A stretch of 64,000 nt of DNA from Octopus sinensis (lineage: Eukaryota), in assembly GCF_006345805.1 (NCBI RefSeq), contig NW_021836131.1, forward strand, positions 186,001 to 250,000, read 5' to 3'. The notes beneath the pieces are model-generated. The model worked only from the letters and a program-made list of their open reading frames with translations. It was not told where the DNA came from and did no database searches. The position numbers were made by a program, and so were the translations under genes. How positions within the stretch are numbered: the stretch's first letter is position 1; the number at the start of each line of letters is the position of its first letter. Below, one piece after another: positions 1 to 10,672 of this stretch.

Positions 1-230
1 AGAGAGTGCCCGAGGGACAGAGTGAGGGGACATCCGAGGAAGTAGTAGTGCAACAATGTGAGGAGGGATTAGAACGAGTGCCTGAGGGTGTTCCCGAGGG
101 AGTGCTGGAGAGAGTGCCCGAGGGATAGAGTGAGGGGACATCCGAGGAAGTAGTAGTGCAACAATGTGAGGAGGGATTAGAACGAGTGCCTGAGGGTGTT
201 CCCGAGGGAGTGCTAAAGAAAGTGCCCGAA
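1..230 (+). repeat. 108-bp GC-rich tandem repeat (2 full copies plus partial), encoding an acidic 36-aa unit in frame 3
   Basis: Unit agagagtgcccgagggacagagtg... recurs at 1, 109 and 217. Frame 3 reads RVPEGQSEGTSEEVVVQQCEEGLERVPEGVPEGVLE; copy 2 has TAG where copy 1 has CAG. Confidence 0.9.
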
Positions 231-237
231 TGGAATA

Positions 238-612
238 GTGAAGGAGTGTGCACTGGAGAGTGAAGAAGTAATAGTGGAAGGAGCGTATTCAGCCCGAGAT
301 TGCGAAGTGAGGGCGAAGGAGGGTTGCACTTTCGGGTTCACATTGGTGATGAACGAGGACAAGCACCTCATCGCCAACGTCATTGCCAATTCTCCGGCGG
401 CTGACGCGGGTGTGCGGGAGGGGGACATTGTGGTGCAGGTGAACGACGTGAATGTGGAGAAGATGGAGCACGAGGAGGTGGTCGAGCTGATAAAAGAGAG
501 GGAAGGGAGTGTGAGTCTGCTGGTGGTGGACGAGTGTGCGTATCAGTACTTCTTTGACAGGAAATTGACTATTTCGAGTGAGTGCGTCAAACATGTCACC
601 AACTTTGGTTGA
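238..612 (+). CDS. NHERF/EBP50-like PDZ domain protein (partial; exon structure unresolved)
   Basis: FGFTL..., NSPAADAGVREGDIVVQVNDVNVEKMEHEEVVELIK and VSLLVVD..Y.YF match the NHERF/PDZK1-type PDZ consensus. A candidate 25-nt GT-AG intron lies at 608-632. Confidence 0.8.
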   Translation: MKECALESEEVIVEGAYSARDCEVRAKEGCTFGFTLVMNEDKHLIANVIANSPAADAGVREGDIVVQVNDVNVEKMEHEEVVELIKEREGSVSLLVVDECAYQYFFDRKLTISSECVKHVTNFG

Positions 613-848
613 TTAACTGACTCACTCTCGAGACACCCACTTCCCCCCTCACATCCCACGCCCTCACATCCCCTTCCTCCTCCACACCATTCCCGACGAC
701 ATCATCCGACTCAGGGACCAAATCGAGGCGAGACAGCGCAGTCGTGAGGCGGGTGGGGGGGAATATTAAAAGTCTAGTCAAGACTATATCTCGGATGTAG
801 TACTAACGCTAATATTTTCCTTCAATAGAAAATTTTTCAGCAAAAGAA

Positions 849-1070
849 ATGGGATTTGATGGAAACATGGCTTTTTTCACAGAACCCCCATATTATTTCA
901 ATATGAATTATAGTCAGGAAAACGATTTAATTCCGCCATCTTATGAATCTGAATTATCTTCGAAATCATTTTTTTCTTTAAAAAATCCCCCATTTTATGG
1001 ATTGGGAGAAAAGAAGACATATGATTCTAATATTGAAGAAATTGATTCTCTTCAAATGAACAACAACTAG
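849..1070 (+). CDS. Possible terminal exon with three PPxY motifs
   Basis: 73-codon ORF in AT-rich DNA preceded by ttttcag; contains PPYY, PPSY and PPFY. Not linked to upstream exons with certainty. Confidence 0.3.
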   Translation: MGFDGNMAFFTEPPYYFNMNYSQENDLIPPSYESELSSKSFFSLKNPPFYGLGEKKTYDSNIEEIDSLQMNNN

Positions 1071-1414
1071 TTTATTTGCTAATTTATGTAACTCGGTTTT
1101 AGATATACTCATTATTTATTAATTTTTTAGTTCTTTTAAAATTAGGCACCAATTATTTTCAAATAATTATTTTGTAAAACTTGATTTAGATACGATCCGG
1201 CTTAGAATTAAAAGATTAATGCTTATTTTTTATTTCTATAATCGTCAACTTAATTCTATTAAGATAAAAATTTTATTTATGACTAAAAATTTGCATCTAT
1301 GATTTGTGAATAAATTGTTTGTAAGAATTACATTTTATTGATTATAAAAAAGGAGAAAATAAAAAAGTCCTGGAAGAAGGACGAGCTCAATCTGCGAGCA
1401 TTGCCAGAGAACGG

Positions 1415-1790
1415 TTAGGTCCCGGCCAAACGGATAGCTTGCGCGTTCCCGCGCATGATTGTAACCGAGATCCTCTGTCTTAGCCAAGAGGATTCGCGTG
1501 CATCCATATCTCTCCGAGCAATAAGGAGGCTGACATTCTTCAAGAATTTGGATGTTTGCAGGCCGAAGGCTTCGGAGATCCCAAAATCGAAAGGGACAAA
1601 GGAATGTTGGGCGGCGAGTTGTCTGTACTTTTCGGTTTTGTGAGTTTCCGCCAAAGCCGTGGCCGATCTAGGAGAAGATGCTGATGAGAGTATCGCCAAT
1701 GGGTACCAAGAGCTTGCGGAGGAATTTTCCGTCTTTGGACCAAGAGCACCCGATGTCTCCACTGCTATCGGCATCACGAAAAACTCATTC
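1415..1790 (-). mobile_element. CRE-clade non-LTR retrotransposon 3' fragment (restriction-like endonuclease C-terminus)
   Basis: KTEKYRQL..HSFVPF..., RESSWLRQRISVTIMRGNA, plus an upstream PIAVETSGALG segment, in a GC-rich island. Confidence 0.8.
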
Positions 1791-1970
1791 GAAAGGGCAG
1801 ATTAATTGTTTGTGGACCAATGATTAATTAGTCATATTAGTATGACTCATAATAATTTTGATTATAAATTTTTAATCTGAAAGTACAAAAATTGATTATT
1901 TCAATAATTTGACACTTAAAATATTTTTATAAAAGTTTTTTATTTACATTTTCCCAACTAAAAATAGATA

Positions 1971-3457
1971 CAGGGTATTTCATTAATATATCCTCTAATT
2001 TCATAAATATATCCTCTGATTTCATAAATAAATCCTCTTATTCCATAAATATATCTCCTAATTCCATAAATATATCTTCTTATTCCATAAATATATCGTA
2101 TAATTTCATATAAATATCCTCTTATTTCATAAATATATCGTTTTATTGTGCACATAAAACTATCATGAATAGAAAATCTAGAATTTCAATGACACAAGAA
2201 AAATTTGAGACAATAAATAGATTTTATCTAGAGAAAACTACAAAAGAACTATCCAATATAACTTTACTACATGAATCCACAATAAATAAAACAATCAAAA
2301 AAATTCAAAATTGTCAAGACGAAGCTTCATATCTGGACGGACGCAAAAAGGCAAACAAATTAAGCTTGTTTTCTGAAATTCAGAATATTCTTGGAAATGA
2401 CAATTCTTTAACTCAAGTGGGGCTAAAGCAAAAACTTGCCAAAAATATTTCGTTGCCACAGTTATGTCGAGACGTTAAAGAAGCAGGACTGAAAAGAAAA
2501 AGACTTAAGAAAAAATCTAATATATTATTAACAGAAAGTAATATTGACAAAAGAATGACTTTCTCTTTAACGGTATCTGGATTTAAAACCAGAAACTTGT
2601 TATTTCTGGATGAATCCGGATTTAATTTGCATACCTCAACAAATTATGGATATGCAGAAGTAAATCCGACACTTCTCAACAGTCGAGCCATCTTTTCACG
2701 ATGTCCCGACCGTGACCCCACATACTTTCTGTATGTACGGTGAATGGTTTGTGGTCCATTTCCACGATCCCCCCCATTTGCCTCTACGAGAGACTCCAGT
2801 GTTCTATGGACAATTTCCCTATCGGTATGGTCCTTCAGTAGGTTGATAGATCTTTCTTGAATTTTTTCGATTTTCAGTAGGTTGATAGACCTTCAGTAGG
2901 TTGATAGATAATGTTAAATTTCATCATTCTTCAAATGTTGTTAATTTTTTCGAAACACATAGTGTTTAGTATTTGTTTTTACCTTCTTATTCACCTTGAC
3001 TTAAATTCTATCAAAAATGTATTTGGGACAATAAAGGCGAATCTGAATTCAATACGTCCAAGAGCTATGAATCAGAAGGCTTTAAAAGAAAACTTGAAAG
3101 ATGTTATACAATCGCTTTCTTCTAATTCAATGTTTACCGAGTACTACCGGTCATTTTGGAATAGAGTGAATGCGATTATTAACAGAATTAATTAACATTT
3201 GTTTTTTAAATTAAAAGTTGGTTTTTGTTAATGTAACTTGAAATATACGTATACGACATACGAACATTACTACAAGAATTACTACATTATATAATTATTT
3301 ATAATATACGATATATTTATGAAATAAGAGGATATATTGATGAAATTATACGATATATTTATGGAATAAGAAAATATATTTATGGAATAAGAGGATTTAT
3401 TTATGAAATTAGAGGATATATTTATGAAATTAGAGGATATATTAATGAAATACCCTG
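1971..3457 (+). mobile_element. Tc1/IS630-type DNA transposon, disrupted
   Basis: TA-CAGGGTATTTCATTAA ... TTAATGAAATACCCTG-TA ends; long TIRs built from ~21-bp tandem repeats; ORF from 2165 with LFLDESGFNLH (D1), later DNVKFHH (D2) and an LNSIKNVFG remnant. The core is replaced by a foreign insert. Confidence 0.9.
2665..2908 (-). mobile_element. Captured LINE fragment inside the Tc1 transposase
   Basis: 2665-2874 is the near-identical reverse complement of 32333-32542 (about 3 mismatches by eye), followed by re-copies of ttcagtaggttgataga. Confidence 0.9.
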
Positions 3458-3609
3458 TATATAGGCATATTTCAAAAATAATTTACGTTGAAAAATATAA
3501 GCCCTATTCGATTATAATAATTCGTAGCCCTAAAATGTGAATTAGATCTTGATGTTATCAATCATCATAGATTTTTAAAGTAAAGTCAAAAAATAATTTC
3601 ATAATAAAT

Positions 3610-5903
3610 TCAATTTGAATCACCAAAGTTTTGAATAATAAAAGAAGATAAAAATTCATAAAATTGTGTTGCAAACCCATATTTTGCAATCAAGCGTTCA
3701 AACGACATGGAAACAAGAGCGCTCGAAGTCAAAACAAAAACGCAAATTGATTCCAAAAAGCGCGGAGATGAAAAAGAAAGTCCAACTAATTCAACCAAAT
3801 TTTCGAGATCATTTTCAATATTTTCAAAAATAAATTGTCCCAATTGACTTACTATATCATTATTTAAGCAATATTTATCAGCAGCCACAAACACTTTGTA
3901 CAGTCTTAAGCGATCAATACTCTCCATTCCTCCCAAAAAACATTTAGACGATAAACATCCAGTTGAAATATGAGCCAAAGCCACAATCACTTGATACTCT
4001 TCTGCCAAATAGCACTTCCGAAATTGCATTTCTTGCATTCCAGAATTAAACAATTTTTGGAAAAATAAACTTATTTTGGATAAATCATTAAAAGAGCACG
4101 TTACAGTTCCATTCTCAGATTCTAATTCTATTGGATCATCCACGTGACAACTGTAGCGACAATTTCCAAACATAATATGACTTTTTTGAATTTGTAGACG
4201 ACTGGTAACAATATCTCCATAGATTAGTTTCATGTGAATAATTGGATTTTGAAATGCCAGAGTACTCTTTCTTGGTGAATAATGAAAATGTTCGATTCCA
4301 GAAACGTTAATTTCAAGAGATTTCATAACGTCCCGATAAATAATGCACAAATTAGTGAACTGGTAAAAATATTGGGCTGTAAAAATGTCAGAAAACTCCG
4401 AACGTTCGGCACAACAGAGAAAAAAATTTAGAAAAAACTTACAAAGTCCAAATGGAAGGCAAGGCGGATTAGAAATAACTACTTTCTTCAGTATATTGAG
4501 CACTCTGATAGCTATTGGAACTTTATCGTGATCATAACGAATAGCAAAACAACATAAACAGCCTTTGATTTTTTTCGGACAAACAAAAAGTGACGATTTT
4601 GGTTTATTAGAAGGATATATATAAGAAAATGAGCATTTCATATTATCGGGGAACTCAAAAAACTCGCTGAGAATTAAAATTAATTTATTTACAAATTCTT
4701 GAGTCAAAAAAACTTTAGAGTCAGGATTTTTATCATAAAATATCGAGAGTAATACAACAAAATGAAACTTTGGTAAAATTTTTCTATTGTGGGCCTCAAA
4801 AAGATAGACAAGAGCCGACCAACAACTACAAATACTCATAGAAGTGCCCCAATATATTTTTAAAATATAAGCAATCAATTGATCGTAAAAATTATAAGGA
4901 AAACTGACACAATTAATGGAAGGAACGTCATCCTTCTCATTAAAAAAACACAAATCAATAGTATTCAGTGATCTAAATAAATTACAACTATATTCTCCTT
5001 TAAATGCAAGTAAAAGAAAAAACATAAAACATATTCTAACTAAAAAAACATTTTCAGACTCTTGAAGGGCATTATAAATACTCCCAACGACCCCATCAGT
5101 CAGGAAATCTGTCCAACTTTGTGTCACTCCACGGCAATCAGAGCCATAATCATTATGTTCCCAATTTAAACCATAATATCTATATTTATCATTATTTTTA
5201 CTACCTTTTAATTAGTTCATTAATAATTTTGACCAATCTAATCTTAATTGAATCACTACGGACAAACAAAGGTGTTAAATCAGGACAAGTTTGTATAATA
5301 TGACAAGCAAGTTTTTTAAATTTAATTAATTTACTATTTGATGTTTATTTTAAAAATTTTACCTTAAGACTGATAGGGAGTGTCTGATTAAATTAGAGGA
5401 AGAATCAACTGAAATGCATAATTTGAGTATAAAATTAAAACAAAAAGTTATTTGGGTAAAAAATAAATTTATATTTTTTGTAGATTTTATAAAAACCGAT
5501 ATAAATTTTATCAACAAAATCAAGTTTTCCTCGCCATTCCATTCGGTTATAAATTGAGCTAAAAGTAATATTTATGTATATAAATTACCTATTTTTGAAA
5601 TTAACTGTACAAGAAAATTCTATAAAAATATTAATAAAAAAGTACATTTGGTAGGATTGGGAAAATATTTTGAATTGCTTTTAAAGTTCCAGAACGTAAA
5701 TGTTTTTGATCGTCTGACGAGTTGGAAAGGAATTGGAGAAATAAATCCGGACCTTGATTGATCAAGAAAGATTTTTTCAAGTTATAATCTCTGGAATATA
5801 GTTCAAGACGTTTTAAATAACAAAGCTTGATTTTTGAAGGAATTTTGGTGTTTTTTATGCATTTTAGGTACTTTTTGTATTTTTTATTCGAAAAAGTGTC
5901 CAT
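3610..5903 (-). CDS. Armadillo-like repeat plus C-terminal BTB/POZ protein (ARMC5-like)
   Basis: C-terminal LSKISLFFQKLFNSGMQE...VFVAADKYCL is a BTB signature. Upstream exons (MDTFSNKK at 5903; IIQTCPDL...ELIKR joined by a 25-nt intron to YYGLNW...VTQSWTD) are helical/ARM-like. Confidence 0.6.
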
Positions 5904-6995
5904 CAAATTAACAAACAACCCACAACAACAACTATATAGTCTCGTAATCAACAATATTTATTTTATATAGAATTCAATTTTAATTAAAAATAAAAATTAT
6001 CATAAATTAATTATTAAACAAGTTGGGACTGTTCGAAGGTAACTTAGTTGGACTGTCGATTCCAGCGTCGGAAGGTCAGGCCTGTTAAAAGATCTCCAAC
6101 ACCAAGGGAGATGTTGAGACAACTGAAAGCAGATATGTTATGACTGTAGATACTCGTTCTCAACATTACAAGAATCGGTTAATATTCGTCATAGACCTGT
6201 TTGATTACAAATAACTGTTGTCAAAAAAATAAAACATAAATATGCTTCTTTGAAGTTAAATATGACCTTTTAGATAGTTATTTTTCCAGGATAATATTTC
6301 AGTTTGCTTTATCAATAATCTTGCTTGTATGTACAATATAAGTAAAGACTTAGAATAAAGTTATATAAAGCCGAAAAATTTTATTTCCTAATTTACAACT
6401 TCTACGATTTTCCACACTGCTTTCTTACCGAAAAAATTGAAATTCTGTTTTAATTTTTTATAAACTTATTTTTCATTATTTCTACCAATCCGTTGAAAAC
6501 AAAAATTAATTAAAAAAGCATGATAAGATTACATTCACCCTTAAAACCCCCTTTTTTACCACGTTTTTTTGCCTCTATTTCGGTCGGTCCCGTTGGTAGC
6601 AATAAATTAAGGCTTGACTGTAACTCTTTTGGTGTGTAGTTTTATTTCAGTTGTAGACTATAAAAACAATAATAAACTTATATATTTGATAGGGAGGTGA
6701 CATTTTTACCATTTTGCAATTATCAGAACAAGTGTTCACGCACTTTTCAGCTCATCCTACAGACTAATATATTTCTTATTAAGATTTATAAATTTTTATT
6801 TATAGATAAATAAAGGATGTCACAGTCGGATAAATGGACACGCGAATAAATGGACACTTTCAAAATTTCATTTTTGAGCAATATTACCATACAAAGTACA
6901 TGTTAATTTTTTCCAAGTCTCACTTTAAACACATTTTTAATAATTTTGGTACCTGTTGAAAAAAGCAGGATCTCTAAAAAACCAATATCCCACTG

Positions 6996-7274
6996 ACATC
7001 AACAATTTTTATTGAGTATCGAGAACTCTATTTGATTTTTGGTTAACCATTAAAAAATAATGATTTAAAATTGTAAATAAATCGGTTAAAATTGAGATAA
7101 CAATTAAAATTTACATTAAAAAATAGAAAAAAATTCTAGATTCCATATAAAAGCTTCGTCTGCTTTTAACCCTAACTCAAATCTTAAACAACTAACCCTA
7201 ACCCTATGCGAGCTTCCAATTCTTAAAAAAATTAGATGAAAAATTTTAAACAAAATCGTTAGTCAATTTTTGTA
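6996..7274. repeat. Dispersed ~280-bp repeat with TAACCC units, copy 1
   Basis: High identity to 13067-13339; contains taaccctaactc...ctaaccctaacccta. Confidence 0.85.
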
Positions 7275-7299
7275 GAGTTCTTCGTTGCTCATCTTTTTC

Positions 7300-7700
7300 A
7301 GCCAGCGAATACCTAAGAATAGTATTAATTGTTTTCTATGGAAAGAATTGAGGTGTTCTGGTTCTTTGGCGGTTAGACCCTTGGTCCCCGCGTTGTAGAG
7401 CAGAATTGGCTCGACAAATGAGTTGTACAGTCGAATTCGAAGGCGCGTTCATATGCAAGTGTGGCTCATTCAATTTTTTTAAAAAAGACAACAGCACTTT
7501 CCTTTGAATAACCTCCTCCAAATCCCCAAGGATAGATCCAACTTTCTTGCATTTTTCTTAATTTCTCGTCGCGAGGCGAAATATGGTAGTTCTTTCCGTG
7601 TTGTCTGGGTTTACTTCCAGAGACCTGTACTTCAGCCAATGTGGGATTTGTTTTAATCAATTTTCCAGTGAGTTCCGATCTTGACAGACGAAATCAACCA
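7300..7700 (-). mobile_element. RTE-clade non-LTR fragment (post-RT region), frameshifted
   Basis: Homologous to 38672-39388 (KKVGSLLGD..., IRLYN.FVEPILLYNAGTWG). Confidence 0.8.
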
Positions 7701-7794
7701 TTACCGTCGCCATAAAAAAGGCCGACTGTTTCTAGAGTAGAAAGAAAACAAATCGACTCTAGAGCCCTCCTGAAAACGTCATTGAGTTGAGTAG

Positions 7795-7990
7795 CTACAC
7801 GACAAGGCGTACAAGCCAATCGAAGAAATTGTGAACCCGCACCGGGAGAGGTGGCGCCAGCAGATGTCCAAGCTCAAGCGTAAACAGATACCGATCCGTA
7901 AGGATTAATTGTCTAATAGTAATCCAGTGCTGGGGATAGGGAGTGCTTCGAGCCAGCCTCCGGTATGCGGGTGACAAGCGCAGTTTAGTG
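7795..7990 (-). mobile_element. CRE-clade fragment (pre-endonuclease cysteine-rich region)
   Basis: Alternative frame reads HTGGWLEALPIPSTGLLLDN*SLRIGICLRL..C.RH..RCG...GLYALSC, matching the CRE GAWL.A.P...GL.L...LRLG motif. Confidence 0.7.
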
Positions 7991-8059
7991 AAGCCAGCTC
8001 TAAATCACTCATCAAATAAATTGTTTATTGAATTATTTGTTAAATATTAATATTATTCT

Positions 8060-10466
8060 TTTATCTTTGTTATGTAGTAACATGCTAAGTCATATTCTCC
8101 CAAAACAGCAATAATTGGATTATAAAATTCAGGGCAATTTTGATGTATCAAATTGCATAATCTATGCCAGTGATTCTCAACCGTGGTGCATGTGCACCAT
8201 TTTTGGTACATGGAAAATACTCGAATGGTGCATGGAAAAAAAATTGGTACATGGTATTATTTTTTTTCTACAACTCTTCAAAAGTTAATCACTCATCATG
8301 ATCTTGCGCGAAAAAGCTTTTAAGCTATTTCATAGATGGGTTACTTGCATCCTACAAAATTGCCCATATTGTTGCTAAAAATAATGCTACCCATGTTTCG
8401 GGTGAATCGTTAATAATACCTTCTCTCGCAGTTGTTTTACAAGATATGTTGGGACATAATCCATCTGAAATTTTAAAAGTGCGACCATTTTGATGTGGTT
8501 AGAATTTACCTTTGAGTAATGATACGATTCGTCGCCGAATTGACGAAATAGCTGAAAGCGTCGAAGATTCCTTAAAAAATGTACTTAGAAAAACTGTTTT
8601 TTCGTTGCAGATTGACGAATGTCTGGTATGTGATTATAAATCTATATTAATGGCCTATGTTAGGTAGGTATTTTAAATAATATTTTGTTAAGATTTTTTA
8701 ACGAACACGTAGTTTTTTGTGAAGAGATTTTGTTTATCAGACCTTTGATAACAGAATCTACCGGAGAGTCAATCTTTAATGTATTGAAAACGTATTTTGA
8801 AGAAAAACAAATTCAATTTTCCAATTTAATTGCATGTGCTACGGACGGTGCAATGGCCATGGTTGGGAAGTACAAAGGATTTGCGTCTTTTTTGAAACAA
8901 AAATGTTCGAATTTAATTCATATTCATTGCGTATTACACCGGCATCATCTTGTTTCGAAAAAAATTTCCGCTTTTTTAAATCAAGTTCTGAATCTCGTCA
9001 TAAAAACGATCAATCGAATTAAAACAAGTCCAAAATCTGATATGATCTTTAGGAAATTTTGTATAGATAGGAATGAAGATTATTTAAGACTCTTGTATCA
9101 TACTGAAGTTTATTTTTGTTTTTTATCAAAGGCACTGCTTTACAAAGATTTGTAAACCTTTTACCATTTCTTGAACCGGAAAATGAAGATGAATTAGCAA
9201 GATCGATTTCCGAAAATGAAAAATATATCTATTCCTTGGCTATAGTACGTTTCCATTTACGAGGCCGGGAATTTAGTTAGTTAATAACTATTTGTCACTT
9301 ATTTCAGTTTAATACTATCTATTATTTAAATTGGATTTTTGCTAAATTGAATGAAATTTCCTTGAAAGACGTGATTAATATGGAAATACCAAAATGGATG
9401 ATAAATCCTTTTTTACTAGCACTGAAGAGGTGCAAATGGATTTGCAAGATGAATTTATTGGTATTTTTTATTATATTATTTTTTATAGAAATTAAATATA
9501 ATTATTCTTACAAGATTTTGTTTGAAAGCCAGGATTTGTCTACATTTTGGCGAAAAAAGGAATTTAAAGACAAATTTCCAAAGATTTGGGAACAAATAAT
9601 TAAAATTTTATTATGTTTTCCAACAACATATCTTGTGGAATCAGGATTCAGCGTAATAAACAGAATATTGAGCGATGAACGTAACAAGCTTGATATCTGC
9701 TCGAGAGATTATTTTTAACACGTTTGGACCCTGATATTCAGAAATTAATTAAAATGCATGAAAACTAAGGCTCTCATTAAATAGTTAGAAAAATATTTTA
9801 AGTCTCTAAATTTAATTAAAAGAAATAAATAAGTCTTTGTTTTTTGGTACACGAAATAACTTGGTTTGGTACATTGACTTTTCTTTTTTGGGACACCAAA
9901 AAAAAGGTTGAGAATCACTGCCTTAAATTAATTCCAAAAATTTTACCAGATTAGATTAAATTTATTTATATTTATTAGTTGACTTCTTATTATATCTGTG
10001 GCTACGGCTTTATATAGGTTAAATTTTTCATAAGATTGAGTTTTCACTTCAAAGACAATAATCACAAAATTTTCAACAATTAAGCCAAAAACTCTTCGAC
10101 TACCGGAATATAGCCATTCGATACGTTTTTGATATAGTTCTTGAATTTTTTTCAATTTATTAAATAAATATAACATTTTTTTGTTATCTCTTGTCCCGTT
10201 ATATGTTCTACCGTCGATTGAAGAAAAAACTTCTACAAACAAGTCTATATTGTATCGAGAACAGACTGGTTTTTTCAAAAAGTAAACATATTCCTCGCTT
10301 TTTTTGAATCCAATTTTTTAAGAATAAAGTCCCATGACAGCTTATTGGTGACTAACCCATATTTATGTATCCATTTATCTGCGCTTATTTGTTCCCGAGC
10401 TTCAGGTGGCACATTGTTACTCTTTTCTGAATTTAGCAAATTCTGGGTAATTTGTATCATGTTCAT
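8060..10466 (-). pseudogene. VWA3B: VWA3B-like gene, N-terminal part, frameshifted and interrupted by a hAT element
   Basis: ISADKWIHKYGLVTNKL, then (after a 1-nt frameshift in an A6 run near 10315) GFKKSEEYVYFLKKPVCSRY...DGRTYN...YQKRIEWLYSGSRRVFGLIVE...FNLI, colinear with the VWA3B N-terminus as I recall it. hAT lies at 8168-9920; a possible further exon at 8060-8160. Confidence 0.7.
8168..9920 (+). mobile_element. hAT (Buster/Charlie-type) transposon, degenerate, with intron-containing transposase
   Basis: TIRs CAGTGATTCTCAACC / GGTTGAGAATCACTG; LPLSNDTIRRRI, FSLQIDE, CATDGAMAMVG, IHIHCVLHRHHL, FPTTYLVESGFS; introns at 8479-8502, 8664-8692 and 9461-9488. Confidence 0.92.
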
Positions 10467-10672
10467 TTGATAGAATTCGTCAAATTCTAGTTATAATTAT
10501 TCCAATTATTATGATTTTTGTGTTTATTTAACTATTCTTACTTGATTTATCTGTTTGATTTGTTGTAATGTTTTTTCCATTCGAAAACTCTAACATTTGG
10601 GTTTCTATAGCACTATTTTTTAAGTAATAAGAATTGTATTAAAAAATGATCAGGAAAATTTTTTAACTAATA

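Noticed and set aside
120-130. Alternative genetic code (TAG = Gln) suggested by the CAG/TAG pair in the repeat
   Set aside because: Single instance; conserved genes here have no in-frame TAG/TAA after splicing and use TAA as a stop.
1958-2155. 65-aa repetitive ORF (YIYEIRG)n
   Set aside because: It is the translation of the 21-bp TIR repeats of the Tc1 element.
2165-3195. Bacterial IS630 or horizontal transfer from prokaryotes
   Set aside because: IS630-like Tc1/mariner families are common in eukaryotes; composition matches the host.
3610-5127. Retrogene or foreign gene because of the long intronless ORF
   Set aside because: Upstream exons join through normal tiny introns, and in-frame introns could be hidden in the ORF.
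6519-6800. Small gene starting MIRLHSPLKPPFLPRFF
   Set aside because: Needs a 19-nt intron, below the range seen elsewhere, and gives no recognisable product.
7185-7206. Telomere or telomere fusion
   Set aside because: Only 2-3 imperfect TAACCC units inside a dispersed repeat.
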